The position numbers and the translations under genes were made by a program. A stretch of DNA of 64,000 nt from Utricularia gibba (lineage: Eukaryota > Plantae > Magnoliophyta). The stretch is from contig NEEC01000015.1 of NCBI GenBank assembly GCA_002189035.1, forward strand, positions 2,108,001-2,172,000. Direction: 5' to 3'. The notes beneath the pieces are model-generated. The model searched no databases, was not told the origin of the DNA, and worked only from the letters and a program-made list of their open reading frames with translations. Position 1 is the first letter of the stretch, and every line of letters begins with the position of its first letter. Below are positions 36,380-49,562 of the stretch, piece by piece.

Positions 36380-38806
36380 CACCAATGCTTCTGCATCTGG
36401 TCCAGAATACAATCTCATGATGGAACTCAGAGATCAGCTGGCAATGTGAGGGGCAGTAAAACCAAAACTAAATGGCTGAATATAGGTTGGATTTCAAGAT
36501 CATTGGAAATGTAGTCATTGCACTTCCCGGTCAGAAGCAATAAACATGATGGTTTTATACTAGACAGAATCGCATTCTGAAGCACCGAATCTGTGAAAAC
36601 TTTAGCAGGATTATTTTAACAGTTGGCATCTTCCAGTTCCTGGAGTGTTCTGATGAAACTTCACAGTAGTAGATAAGAGGAAAAATACACATTTTTTTTC
36701 CTGTGAGATTCAGGCATGATTAACCATTGAAAAGGAATTGTCAAAAGCACCATTTACGCACTCAATAATACCTGAAAAAATAACTCTTCGTTCAACAAAC
36801 GCGGCTGAAATCAAAGACTGCGCGCGATCCATTGCGAATACCTCAAGTACAACAAAGAGCCAGTATACCAAGATGTTGAACTTTCGCAGCGATTATGTAC
36901 AGCAGAAATGTGAGATGAAGGCAGACGCTACGATGCCAAGGCCACCGTCGTCGTCGCCGATTCGTTCACGTTGTTTGGTCTCGCGATCAGGGGAAGAGAA
37001 AGTTGACATGCATCGACCACCTAAAATGCACCGCTATCGTGACGCCGCCTTTTCCATGCCCATCAAAGTTAACGTGCGCCCTATGCGATGAACTTTTCTT
37101 GGGCTTCTTCACTAGCCCAGCCCATGCTTATCAGTTTTCTTAATACATTTGTATTAAAACAAAATATTAATTAATTCACTTTCTGCTGCAAACTGCAACA
37201 CCATATCACACTTTGGTTGTTTTCATAAAAAACCATTTTTTTATCATGAATTATTAATAATAAAATTAGATTAAATTCAATTGAATTACGATTAAACCGT
37301 GATTAAATAGAACAGTTTATGGTTTTCAACCCAAGATACATCACTGATGATGCAGGCAATATTTATAAACCACTTATATTCTATTAAATTAAATTTTAGT
37401 CTTGTAAAATTAATTTTACCTTTTAAATATATACCAGATTCTTTTTTATTAGAATTGATTTTTGAGAATTAATTCAATTTTCTGAAAAACATAGATATGT
37501 AGCATTCCATATAGAATTATTTTTAAAAATATATGTTATTCTCATTTTATTATAATTTTTTAATTTTGTTAAAATCAATTTTGAAGTAATTTTTTCAAAT
37601 GTCGGCACAATTGTTGACTCTTACAACTTCAACACAGAAACCAACCACAAGAAGAAGAAGAGGAGGAGGAGGAGGGGGAGGTTGGGAAAGCCACGATATC
37701 ACTCACATAAACTACCGCATTGATGATGATACACATTCGGGTGCTGGGGACATGGCATGTGATGGGAGTGCTCCCCACAGCATTAAGGCCGATCTTCCCC
37801 CTTGTCTCTTCCTTCATCTTCTCCCCATCACCGCATCCATGGAAAGGGAGCCCCAACTCCAACCTCATGAGCTTCAAGAAGATCCCATAGACGCATGAAT
37901 TCCCGTGTGGACCATAGAGCACCATTCCTGATTCCACGAGCTCATCATCCCTCTTGATGCCCGGGCGACTGTTCTCTATCCATAAATGCAAGTGCTGTGA
38001 CTGCCCCAGCTCCTCAATCCATGGCGTGGCCCTTCCTTTTGGGACAACCCACGCTCACTTGCATCACCCCCACAAAAAATAATGCTAGTAGTGAGGTGTT
38101 GGTTTGGGCCATGTACACCATCGCAATGTTCAGTATTTAAAAAAGGGTGTAGTTGGATTGTTTTGAATGGTGAATGATTTAAATACTCATTTGTTTATTT
38201 TTATTATAGATGATGATTGGAGAAAAAGTAATGAAGATCAATCGTTCTTGGTCGATGGATAGTAACATTGTTTTTGAGTGGAAAATCGCATCTAGTTTGA
38301 GACATTCTTTTGTATTGGGAAGGAGTGTGATAAGCTTGTGTTTGTTGGAAATTATTTCTGAAGAACGTGCATCTGTGGGAGACGATGAATTTGCTCTCTC
38401 CCACTTGTTACTTGTGCAGACTTTGGATGGTAATAATCCGACATGAAATCTGAAAAAGGGAAAAACGTGTATGGTTTTTTTATATTATCAGAACAGGAAT
38501 GATTGGTGGAGGTGAAGTTAAAAACAGCTCAATTTGGGAAGAATGGCAGCAGGGATGAATGTGGGGACGCGGTCCTGTGTCGTCGCCTCGTTCGTCACCT
38601 CAAATCACCATGTGAGCCGAAGAAAGCTGTGAAACAACTTGAAATTATTGAGGGGACAGTAAATGACATCCATGTAGGGATGAAACCTCAACTGCAGACC
38701 ATCTGGAAGGTGAAACCCATTAACCCAGAGGGTGAGTAAGCGCTCTGGGTTTCATAAATACGCACGCGCATTCTGGGCAAACGAACAGCACAACCCCATT
38801 TCAGAA

Positions 38807-40459
38807 ATGAAGGGTTTCGCGGTGTTCTTGCTACTGCTCTTTCTGGGCATTCAGCATTCTGCTTCTGCTGCTACTTTCAGAGATGGTAAGAAGAATGAAG
38901 TTGAGATTTTTAGTGGTTGGGGTTCGCTAATTTGCCTAGTTTCGGCTCTTTTGCTAGCGTTTGGTCCAACTGAAGGCCGATTTGAGGTTCACCTTGTTTC
39001 ACTGTATAGCTGATGTGATGGATCTTGCTTGCGTAATAGCTCTGTTTGTAAATTTTTTCCTTTTTGGTCACTGCAAAATGCTTCTTATGTTTCTGCTGAA
39101 TCCGATCCCAATTGCAGCACCCCTCATGGCTTCCACGAGAAAAAAAAGGCATTCACCTGACCATCCCTAGTCTTCTGCTGTTGATACTTGCGCCTTTCCT
39201 GATTGCACTGTGTTTGTGTTGATTGAATTCCCATCTCTAAAACTTCAAAACAAGGCCTGCAGCAGCCGTGCTCAAGCCAGAACTATTATCCTAGGAAGTT
39301 TATCTATCTGCAGATGATTTCTATTGTATTCGTTGATGTTACAGTCTGGCTTAATGAACCATCTTCAGGGCTGCTGGACAATGGTAACTTCGAGATGGCT
39401 CCGGATCCCACGAGCCTCAATGGGACGATCATCAAGAGCCGTTTCGCCATCCCAAAATGGGAAATCTCTGGCTTTGTTGAGTACATCAAAGCTGGTCAGA
39501 AGCAGGGCGACATGCTCCTAGTTGTGCCGGAGGGGGCTGCTGCGGTTCGCCTCGGGAACGAGGCTTCGATCAAACAAAAGATCAGCGTAACTCCAGGAAT
39601 GTACTATTCCATCACTTTTAGTGCTGCAAGAACATGCGCACAAGAGGAGCGTGTAAATGTCTCTGTGGCTCCAGACTCTGGAGTTCTCCCCGTCCAAACC
39701 TTGTATAGCAGCAATGGATGGGACTCGTACGCCTGGGCGTTTAAATCCTTTTACAACGTCGCTGAGATTCTGATTCACAATCCAGGGGTCGAAGAAGATC
39801 CTGCCTGCGGCCCTCTCATTGATTCTGTTGCCATCCGAGCTCTGTATCCTCCGAAACTAACGAACCGTAAGCCCCATTTGGGATCAGCGCTGCTGATCTT
39901 GTAGTTTTCGCTGAACTGTTTGTTCTCTTGCAGAAAACCTTCTGAAGAATGGAGACTTTGAAGAAGGACCGTATATCTTCCCTAACACGAGCTGGGGAGT
40001 TCTTGTCCCCCAAATATCGAAGACGACAACTCCCCACTCCCGGCATGGACCGTCGAGTCGCTGAAAGCCGTGAAATACATCGACGCCGCCCATTTCTCCG
40101 TTCCGCAAGGCCAACGTGCGATCGAGCTTGTAGGAGGAAGGGAAAGCGTCGTTGTTCAGGTGGCTAGAACCATCGTCGGAAAGACTTACCAGCTTACCTT
40201 TGCTGTTGGAGACGCTAGCAATTCGTGTGAAGGGTCTATGGTGGTTGAGGCCTTCGCCGGAAGAGCAACGGCGAAAATTCCGTATCAGTCCGGAGGTAAA
40301 GGAGGGTACAAGAGGGCTGTTCTTAGATTCGTGGCCTCAGCCGCTAGAACCAGAATCATGTTTCTCAGCACATACTATCACACCAGGAGCGATGACTTCG
40401 CCTCCCTCTGCGGCCCTGTCATCGACGATGTGAAGCTGCTCAGTTCCCGTACTGCGTAA
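38807..40459 (+). CDS. DUF642 cell-wall protein; exons 38807-38885, 39369-39866, 39934-40459; one-base frameshift at 40007-40011 as assembled
   Basis: Signal peptide MKGFAVFLLLLFLGIQHSASA; GLLDNGNFE, VEYIKAGQKQGDMLLVVPEGAAAVRLGNEASI, HNPGVEEDPACGPLIDSVAI and SLCGPVIDDVKL. Confidence 0.92.
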
Positions 40460-41064
40460 TGAACAGCTGCAGCAAAGCAACTACAGTGAGCATCGACTGA
40501 TGCAGCCTTTACCTTTATCGCTTTGAGCTTTCATACAGAAATGCAAAACCTTTTATCACTATAACATGTTTTGAAAACTGGGCTCGTCCGAGCTACTTCC
40601 ATGCTGATGTTTTACAGTGCATTTAAAGTGTTCACAAGTTACATATCAGATTTCCCTCATGTCCAAGCTCTGAGCAACTTCAAATGCGCAATATCAGCAC
40701 TTCTGAACTAACTTAATCTTCTTTCTTCTCTATGAACTAGAAGGTATACCAAGAAAATATGCTGACTGAACAATAACAGCGACTGAAACACAAGAAACAA
40801 GAAACTTCATGCAAAGCATTCCAAACGATGATTGTTCTGATCTGTTGACCTGACAACGAGGACCCCTGGTTGTGTATTCGTGTGCATTATTCTTCTGAAC
40901 CAGATTCTTAAATTGAATGAATACAGGGATACAAGGACGAGACCTTTAAATGAACATGAGGATGTATGGAAAAGAACTGATGGGGAAGGGAGGGTTCAAT
41001 TATTTGATAACTTTGAAAAATTTTCCAGATGAAAAGACGGTTTCAAGTGCATTTGTAGCTCCTT

Positions 41065-41918
41065 TCAGGCCAGCCATTCTCCATCGATTTCTTCAATTTC
41101 TTCGATCTCCAACCTGCAATACATTTATGAGTTCAAGTAAAAACTTTTTGAAAAGAGATCACTTACCATGGGAGAGTAGAATCCGGAGAAGAATCATAGG
41201 TTGAAGTAGGATAGAATGGATTTGGCAAGCTGGCTTCATTTGGATTGATCCATGGAGGAAACTCTGTAACTGGGTGAAACACAGGATCTTCTTCTTCTTT
41301 ATCGTCTTTTTGATCGTCGAACTCCTCCATTTCCATGGAGGTTAAGAATTCGAAGCGCCATTCTGTTTTCACAGAATCAGTTGATTTGATCTCCTTTTCA
41401 TCCACTGCTTGACTAGAGCTTGAATCTGTGATCTGGGTTTCCTCCGCAGTCGCCGGAGTTGACTCATCGCAGCTTTGATTTGATTGGGAGGAGGGAGTGA
41501 TCGACAAATTGAAGCTCTCGAGGTTAAGATTGAGGCCTAGAACTTGATTGGGGAGTGTGAAAGTGGAGTTCTCTTGGATCGATGGAACAGGGAATATGTG
41601 ACTTGGTGAAAAATCGATGAAACTGGCTTGCGAAATTTGATGCGACATCGCCGACGTCTCCTTTCGGCGTTGCTTGGAAGCCCGATGAAACTTGAGGGCG
41701 GCGACGATTTCCCTTCTTGCCTCCGCCATATTCATCAGCCGCTCCGGTCTCGTTGTCTGGATTCTTCTTCTGACACGCTGCTGCTTATGATGCGGTGGTT
41801 TCGCCAGAATTCGATCGGAAAACTCATCCTTTTCTTTGGATGATGATCTCATTTCCTTGACGAGTGTCCGAATGTCGGCGCCAGAAAAATGGAGTTCGTT
41901 TTCTCGTCCCGGCCTCAT
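41065..41918 (-). CDS. Conserved plant protein of unknown function (At5g21280-like); exons 41918-41167 and 41113-41065
   Basis: Conserved block QRVRRRIQTTRPERLMNMAEARREIVAALKFHRA. Donor TG|GTAAGT and acceptor TGCAG| give the family-type tail LPWLEIEEIEEIDGEWLA*, which the ORF track misses. Confidence 0.82.
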
Positions 41919-42736
41919 GCTCTCCGATAATCAACTCATACTTTTAGAAAGTGGAGGAGATGAAGAGCTTCGGAAATCATGGAGTTGTTGGTGGCGAATA
42001 ACGGCGGTCCAATGGAGAACATGGCGGTGCCGCCTGATACGAATAAATGCAGCGCAGAAGAGAGCAGAGAAGAGCTGGTTAAGAATTGGAGGCGCATTTT
42101 TTTTTCACATAAATATCATATTATTTTTTTGTATTTTTAAAACATATTTGATATTTACACTTTATTATTTATGTATAATTATATTAAGTAATTATAATAT
42201 AAAAATCCCATTAATAATTCTTTTTTATGATAAATAAAATTGTAAGTTACTATTTTTTAAAATTATTTCCTCTTTTGGTATTAATATAAATAATACGTAA
42301 TTTGTTTATGGTTTATCGGATTGCCACAAAAATAATGACGCGACAGCTCATCGTTTTCATCTCACGTTTGGGCATTAAAATATTAAAATATCTGCTCCAA
42401 TATATCTCTGTACGGCAACAGTTTCCAAGATTGGCCCTGAGGTGAACATCGAATAATCTTTTTATTCTTATCTGTTAGAGAGGTTTAAAAAATTAAATAA
42501 ATTGGAATTAAAATCCACAAATAGCAGGATTTAGAACCCAAGACTGTCGCATGGGGTTACAATTTTGTGGGTCAATATATTGGGCCGGGGTCTAAAGGGC
42601 AGGCCCATAAGCAATACAATTCCCAAATTCTGGAATCGGAACCCTAATTTCCAGGAGCGGCGTGCAAGAAGCCTGAGAGCGGCGATTTTTTTGTTTTTTC
42701 TTTTTCCGACGAATCCGGGTGAAGCTAGAGATATTG

Positions 42737-43920
42737 CTATGAAACGGAAGCTTCGATTCTGGGTTCAAACGACAAAGCGCTGACGAATTCTCTGTTTTCT
42801 CCGTCTTTAAGAAATCCGGGCAATTCTTCCCAGTGGTTGGATTGCAGATCACACGTGTAGTAGCGGCACATTTCTGTGGAGTTTGCACAAACCAGCATTT
42901 TCCGGCCAGTGGCGGTGCAGTTTATGTCCACTTTGTTGCCGGAGAATTCGTAGGACATCGCGGGAGGCATGGCCGCGGTCTGTCGCCAGCTTCCTGTGGA
43001 TTTGTCCCAACACCAGATGCGTAAGCTCGCCGTTTCGAGAAACTCTGACAGCAGAACTACGTGCATTTTCCCGAGGATTCAATTAGATCGATTGAATACT
43101 CGGAGAATTCCGGTAGCAGCGTCGGGTACACAGACAAGTCTCGACGCGTGAGATTGCAGGCGATTACAGATCCAGAAGAGCTCAAAAAGTGCAAGATTTC
43201 GTCTTGGTTTTCATCGGTCGTGAGAATCGAAGAGTATTGCTTTGATGGGCTTCTTTGAAAATCAGCCGAGACCACATCGCCGCGTTTGCTCAAGAAATAC
43301 TGCGTACAGTTTTCAGTGTCATCGCGCTCCTCAGTCTCCAGCGAATTGCTGGCTTCTGTGGTGAGCGATGTTTCTGTTCCCCATCGAGCAGCAATGGAGT
43401 TGTACTCGATAAATGTCAGCTTCGGTAGCTCGCCGGAAACCACGATTACCTTAAAAAACTCGCCTTTCGACGTCAAGGCAACCGCCCGAATCGGCAATTT
43501 GGTTTCCGGAGGAAGTGGATCCAGCCTGAGAAGGGACTGGGTCACCGGATTACCAACGGCGAACTCCCCATCACGGTGGTGGAAGCAGATAAGCCCGTGA
43601 GAGGTAGCAACAGGGACCAAGTCGGAGTACACGTCCTTCACCTGCGGAAGACTCCTCCACGTATTCTCCGAAGAGTCATAAACAACAGGGGCCTGTGAGC
43701 CGCAGCAAGAGTCGACCATATAAAACCAGGGTTCTCTGGCCGGAACCCTGCTGCAGGCCCTGCGGAAGGTAGCGGAATCCGCGGTGGATTTCCATCTCTT
43801 GCAAACAGAGGAGAGACGGAAGAAGAAAGAAGTGGGGAGGAAGGAGAGAAGCGTCTCGAGAAGATCTTGAGGCAAATGATCAACTTGCGCTTCATCTCCA
43901 AACTTTCTTTTGGAGGCCAT
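42737..43920 (-). CDS. FBX13-like: F-box protein, FBX13-like, intronless; one-base frameshift at 43066-43072 as assembled
   Basis: F-box LPQDLLETLLSFLPTSFFFRLSSVCKRWKS; REPWFYMVD; FQRSPSKQYSSI; C-terminal half VVLLSEFLETASLRIW...FVSALSFEPRIEAS in the adjacent frame. Confidence 0.87.
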
Positions 43921-46165
43921 GGATGGATGGGAGGAGAGTGAGTTTGACAACGAGTTTATAGAGTTGACAAGAAGAGGAGAGGGGAGCAAAAGCAAGGAGG
44001 AGAAAAGCAAAAGCCATTGACACGCAGGAAAAATGATTAAGAACGGTATCACGGGGGAGAAGAAAAGGTAAAGTGGATACAGCACATGATACCAGTAAAA
44101 CAGCCAAACACTTGGACGAATTGAAATTGGGTCGAAGACATAAAAGAACATATCCCTGCCCAGCGATGCGGCTCACAGTGGATTGATGATTCTCTGGCCA
44201 TGGCCATGGCCATGGATGGCTTCCGCTTCACTTTTTCGCTGCTCAGCAGCAAAAGTCATACATGTGAACACTGCTGTCATGAGAGTTCAAAACCAGGCGT
44301 GTGATATCGAATAAATCCCTAACTAAGCATTCCCACTTGGTATTAGCACTAAACCTGCCCACCCTTCAGTGCTTGCTTGCTTGCCTGAACCGCTGGCTAA
44401 ATGGAATGCTTCCAAGTTCTAATTCTGCTCTACTTTTTGTCCCATAATCAACCCAGTTTCTCCAAATGCCTATAAAACTCCATTGTTGGACAGTTAAGAA
44501 AAAGCAGGGGTTTTGATTTTGGGTGGAAGCAGCTTTGGTGCAGAGCTCAAAGTGGGATGGAGCATCCAAAGCTGGGTCTTGACTTCTTTTCATTAGCGCA
44601 AAACACTGTGAATCAGTTTTCCTTCTCCTTTTTTGGCTTAGGATTCCACCGCTTTTTTCTCAGCCCACGGGGAAGGAATATTATCTGCTGATTTATTAGA
44701 AACGGGTTACTTTGTCAGCTTATGGTAATTACACCCCTTTTCCATGCGTGCCGTTGACATCACCCCTAACATGCCGTCATACTGTAATAATCTTTTTTTT
44801 CCTTTTTGACGGCCAGCCGGACAAACCAACTCCGTGCTTTGGTTCCAAAGCGTCGGTTTGAAGACACGAAAGTGCATGCAGATCCGGACAGAAGCATTAC
44901 AAATTAGAGAACGTAGTTTTCTTTCTTTACCTGTCTGCAGTAGCACGTAAGAAAGATGAGGGTTTTAGCGCACATCTTAAGATGGAACCAAAAGAAAAAT
45001 ACAGTGAAAAATATTGAAGTAAACTCTGCGAAATCAGTTATGTAAGTTGCTTTATATCGTGATGTGGAAATTGAATTGTTTGGCATACATATATAAAGAA
45101 AGTAAACAATATTGTCATATAAGCAAGACAATTGTAATTTGGGAAACGAAAATTTAATTCTACTTCTAAATTGAGTTTCTCTCTATCTAATTCTATTTTC
45201 AAGAAGTTCTAATCATTCATTTACATTCCGAAATGTACTTTTATTATACATGACGTTGTCAACCACTCAAAGTCCGCAAATGATGGATATGTATTGTAAC
45301 GAAACTTTCTTATGTTACAAGATTGTTTACTTTCTTCACACATCAATACTAAAAAAACCCAATTTCCATCACATGAATCTATATTGAATGTGTACATGAA
45401 CAAGAGCGGCGGTTCATGAGCAGACAGAGCCATCAATTCTTGTGGTGCCCGCGTGATCTGATCCCCTTCCCATTCTTGCATCAGTCTAGCTGCTGAGTCA
45501 CAATGACGTGGCATCATGCAGGAAACAGATCGCTCGCCATTCCCGGGTGGGAAGCTGGGGCTCTACCCAGATGCTACTTTAGATGCATACCAGTATCTAA
45601 TAATATCTTATAATATGATATTGTTCGTTTCATACTTTTTATATTCTTAATTTGGATTGATGGTTCTTTTATTTAATGATGTGGAATATCTAGATAGTGA
45701 CTATAGTAAGTTCCAATGTTGCAAGGAGGCACTAGAGTATTTGACTTTGAAGTACACTAAGTCTTCGGGTACAAAAACAACTATTGCATTTAAATGCGAT
45801 GCAGCTACGGTAAGCCCTAAACCGCAAACTTTGCACTGGAGTGGAAAAAACTACTGCGGTAATTAAATGAATTATAATAGCAGGCTTAGGTCAATCTGGT
45901 AATTTTAATTATGGAATCAATGTAAGGGGTCTATTGAAGAGTAACAGTAACAGAGTGAGCTGGAAAAATTTACCTGCCGTAAAAAAAAGGGAAAATGAAA
46001 ATCGCAACTTGATTTCGACTGGGCCGATCTACCCAGAAGGGTGCTGCACCCTATCGCGAAAAAAACTTAACGGAAACTTCAGATCGCGAAATCTCTCTTC
46101 TCTCTCTCCCTCTCGCGCTCTGAAAGGAGAGATTTTGATCCGTTGCGTCGGTGGTAGAGCGGGCG

Positions 46166-49125
46166 ATGGGATCTCAGGGCATTTGCTGCTTTTTCTTGTT
46201 TATCTGCGTCAGCAGTGTGCTGTTTTGTCAGACCTCTTACAGCTTCTACCTTCCTGGCGTTGCGCCGGAAGACTTCCGATCGGTGTGTTATTGGATCCTC
46301 TTTTTATGTTTTTTTTTTCTATTCCATTGCGGTTTTGGTTGGGTGTCTCACTGGTTATCCATGCTCGTGTTTTCATCGGAAATACTGTCCGTGTGCTGTT
46401 TTGATTTGGGGGTACTGGTCGGATTGGATCTTCGATGGATGTGGTTAATGCCATCGTTTGTTGCAGATTTAGCAGTTTCTGATACTTTGCTGGCGGCCTG
46501 TTTCACGCTTTTGTTCTTTTGAAAGTGTTTGTTGGTCGATTTGCATTTGTAAATCGCACAGGAATATTGAAATCCGTGGGACATGTTTTGATTTTTTTTT
46601 TTCTTCTTGGATTTGTCTTCTTAAGTGAATGTTGTTGACAATGTGCATGCACATGATCAAGTTCTTACATTTCAATTAGATCCTAGACTTTGAGCCGCGT
46701 AATATTCAGTGGAGTTCAGTAAATATTGTCAAATACTGGGAACTTATTTTCCATTTCCAAATGCAGGGTGATTTGCTGAATGTGAAAGTGAATAAGTTGA
46801 CTTCTGTCAAGACTCAACTGCCGTATTCGTACTATTCTCTTCCATTTTGCCGCCCAGAAACCATAGTTGATAGCAGAGAAAACCTTGGCGAAGTTCTTCG
46901 TGGTGATCGCATTGAGAACTCTCCTTATGTGGTATATGTTTTATACTTAGTGTTTCTGTATGAATACTGAATGCCTTCTCTGGGAATGACTGTTTAATGT
47001 TGAATTCTTGTCGTGCAGTTCAAAATGAGGCAACCACAGCTGTGCAATATTGTCTGCCGAACTACCCTGGATGCCAATACTGCTAAAGAATTCAAAGAAA
47101 AGATTGAAGATGAATACCGTGTTAACATGTATGATTGGCATCACTTTATTATATATGTTTTTTAGATGGAGTTTTATTTTGAGGCGTGTCTTTATATGAC
47201 TTTAGTACCTTGCTTGCAGGATCCTTGATAACCTCCCCTTGGTTGTTCCTCTACCAAGGTCTGAACAGGAACCTCCTCTTTACCAGTTGGGATTTCATGT
47301 GGGCTTGAAAGGGCAGTACGCTGGTGTAAGTACTTAATTAGACCTGTAGATTGTATGAGCAATATCGATGGTGGAATTTTTTCTGCTGTCATGTCTTCAT
47401 GTGCTTCACTCTGGTTCTATAAATGTAAAATTCAAATGTGTAAATTTGAGGAAATCTATGGTAGAGAATCCTCTACATAACTTTCCCAATGTTTGCTCCT
47501 ACACTGACTAATATTGATCAATAACAGAGCAAGGATGAAACCTACTTTTTACATAACCACCTCAGCTTCACTGTGAAGTTTCATAGAGATGAGATGACTG
47601 ATTCTGCAAGGATTGTGGGCTTTGAGGTCACACCTTTTAGGTCAGTTCTTCTAGTGAACAATTTCTTGAAACACTTTTTTGCTCCTAATCTAAGCATTCA
47701 GTTTCTGTATCATAATTTTTTCTCATTTTTTTCATGCGATAGTGTCAAACATGAGTATGATGGACAGTGGAATGATAACACTCGTTTAACAACATGTGAT
47801 CCCCACGCAAAGCAAACAGTTTCTTCCTCAAACTCCCCTCTGGAGGTTGGAGATAATCAAGAAATCATTTTTACTTATGATGTCAATTTCCAGGTACTTA
47901 ATTCTTACATTTTTTCCCTTGTCTTTTCTTCGAATTTTGTTTTGGTTATTGGAGCCTGGAATTTCAGGAGAGTGATGTGAAATGGGCGTCCAGATGGGAC
48001 CATTATCTTCTTATGGCAGATAACCAAATACACTGGTTTTCTATTGTGAATTCTCTGATGATCGTCCTCTTCCTTTCTGGCATGGTTGCAATGATAATGC
48101 TGAGGACACTTTATCGGGATATCTCTAAGTACAATGAACTTGAGACTCAGGAAGAAGCGCAGGAAGAAACTGGCTGGAAACTGGTTCATGCAGATGTGTT
48201 CCGGACGCCTGCCAACTCTGATTTGCTGTGTGTTTTTGTTGGAACTGGAGTTCAGTTCTTTGCTATGGTCCTTGTCACCATGTTGTTTGCCGTTCTTGGA
48301 TTTCTGTCTCCCGCAAATCGAGGTGGCCTTATGACAGCCATGCTGTTTCTCTGGGTTTTTATGGGACTCTTCGCTGGCTATGCATCTTCCCGGCTTTACA
48401 AAATGTTCAAGGGAACGGAATGGAAGAGTATAGCCCTCCATACCTCCTTTTTCTTCCCCGGTACAGTTTTTGCAGTTTTCTTTGTTCTCAACGCCCTCAT
48501 CTGGGGCCAGAAGTCCTCTGGAGCAGTCCCATTTGGTACAATGTTTGCTCTGGTTGTCCTGTGGTTTGGGATCTCCGTCCCTCTAGTTTTCGCAGGCAGT
48601 TTTGTGGGTTTCAGAAAGCCTGCAATTGAACCTCCTGTTAAGACGAACAAGATACCCCGGCAGATCCCTGAGCAGCCCTGGTACATGAACCACCTCTTCC
48701 TGATCTTCATTGGAGGCATTCTCCCATTTGGAGCCGTCTTCATTGAGCTCTTCTTCATCCTGACATCCATATGGCTGAACCAGTTCTACTACATCTTTGG
48801 GTTCCTCTTCATCGTCTTCATCATCCTCCTGATCACCTGTGCTGAGATCACCATCGTTCTCTGCTACTTCCAGTTATGCAGCGAGGATTACCTCTGGTGG
48901 TGGAGATCTTACCTCACATCCGGTTCCTCGGCACTCTACCTTTTCCTCTATGCAACCTTCTACTTCTTCACCAAGCTGGACATAACGAAGCCTGTCTCCG
49001 GTGCTCTCTACTTCGGATACATGCTGATCGCCGCCTACTCCTTCTTCGTCCTCACGGGGACCATTGGCTTCTATGCTTGCTTCACCTTCACGAGGCTCAT
49101 TTATGCTTCTGTTAAGATAGATTGA
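46166..49125 (+). CDS. Transmembrane 9 superfamily (TM9SF/EMP70/TMN) Golgi protein, 7 coding exons
   Basis: Signal peptide then [11 protein letters not shown]; [14 protein letters not shown]; [17 protein letters not shown]; [32 protein letters not shown]; [14 protein letters not shown]; C-terminal KxD/E Golgi-retention motif YASVKID*. Confidence 0.96.
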
Positions 49126-49405
49126 CCTTTGCACGCACAGGTTGCTACGGAGAACATCAGTCAGGCCACAGCATTCTTTCCCTTACTATTGGAAATGTAC
49201 CCAGTTCAGTTGGCAGTTATTTTCTCGTGTATTTCAACTGATAATTGATGCTTCATCTTCTCTGCTTCTTTTGTTTCCTGTTCTCGTTGTTCCGCATCAT
49301 CAGCAGCAGTTGAGGAATGAAAGATTTTGGAAAGCAGTCAAACTCAATAATTTTAGTATATTTTGGAAGCTTAGACCCTTAGCCGTCCCCAACGTTACGA
49401 TTCAT

Positions 49406-49472
49406 AACGGTAAAGAACTCCGTTTTTTTTAATTCCAACGGCTAGTTTTTCTGTCCGCCCACTCTATAAATA
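49406..49472 (+). promoter_or_regulatory. Three clustered MSA cores (AACGG) immediately upstream of the ENODL TATA box
   Basis: AACGG 49406-49410; CCGTT 49420-49424; TCCAACGGCT with core at 49437-49441; TATAAATA 49465-49472. Confidence 0.7.
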
Positions 49473-49562
49473 TCCACGGTTCTCAGTATCGATCTCATCC
49501 CCTCTACGTAAAAATATTGGCCTCTCGTTTCTATTCGCTTCACTTGCACAAGATAAAGCATA

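Noticed and set aside
36650-36775. TGATGA...CTGA pair as a possible C/D snoRNA
   Set aside because: No terminal stem and no rRNA antisense element that I can recognise; likely chance
41163-41166. Apparent early stop (LPW*) of the At5g21280-like ORF
   Set aside because: It is the GTAAGT donor of a short intron; a second exon supplies the conserved tail
44049-44252. (ATGGCC)x3 strong-context ATGs upstream of the F-box gene as a uORF or extra exon
   Set aside because: No AG acceptor between there and the main ATG, and the CT-rich leader suggests the TSS is downstream; more likely a simple hexamer repeat
46689-46708. miR171-like string TTGAGCCGCGTAATATT in TM9SF intron 1
   Set aside because: One base short of the miR171 variant I recall, and no complementary star arm upstream (only GAATATT at about 46562 pairs), so there is no precursor hairpin
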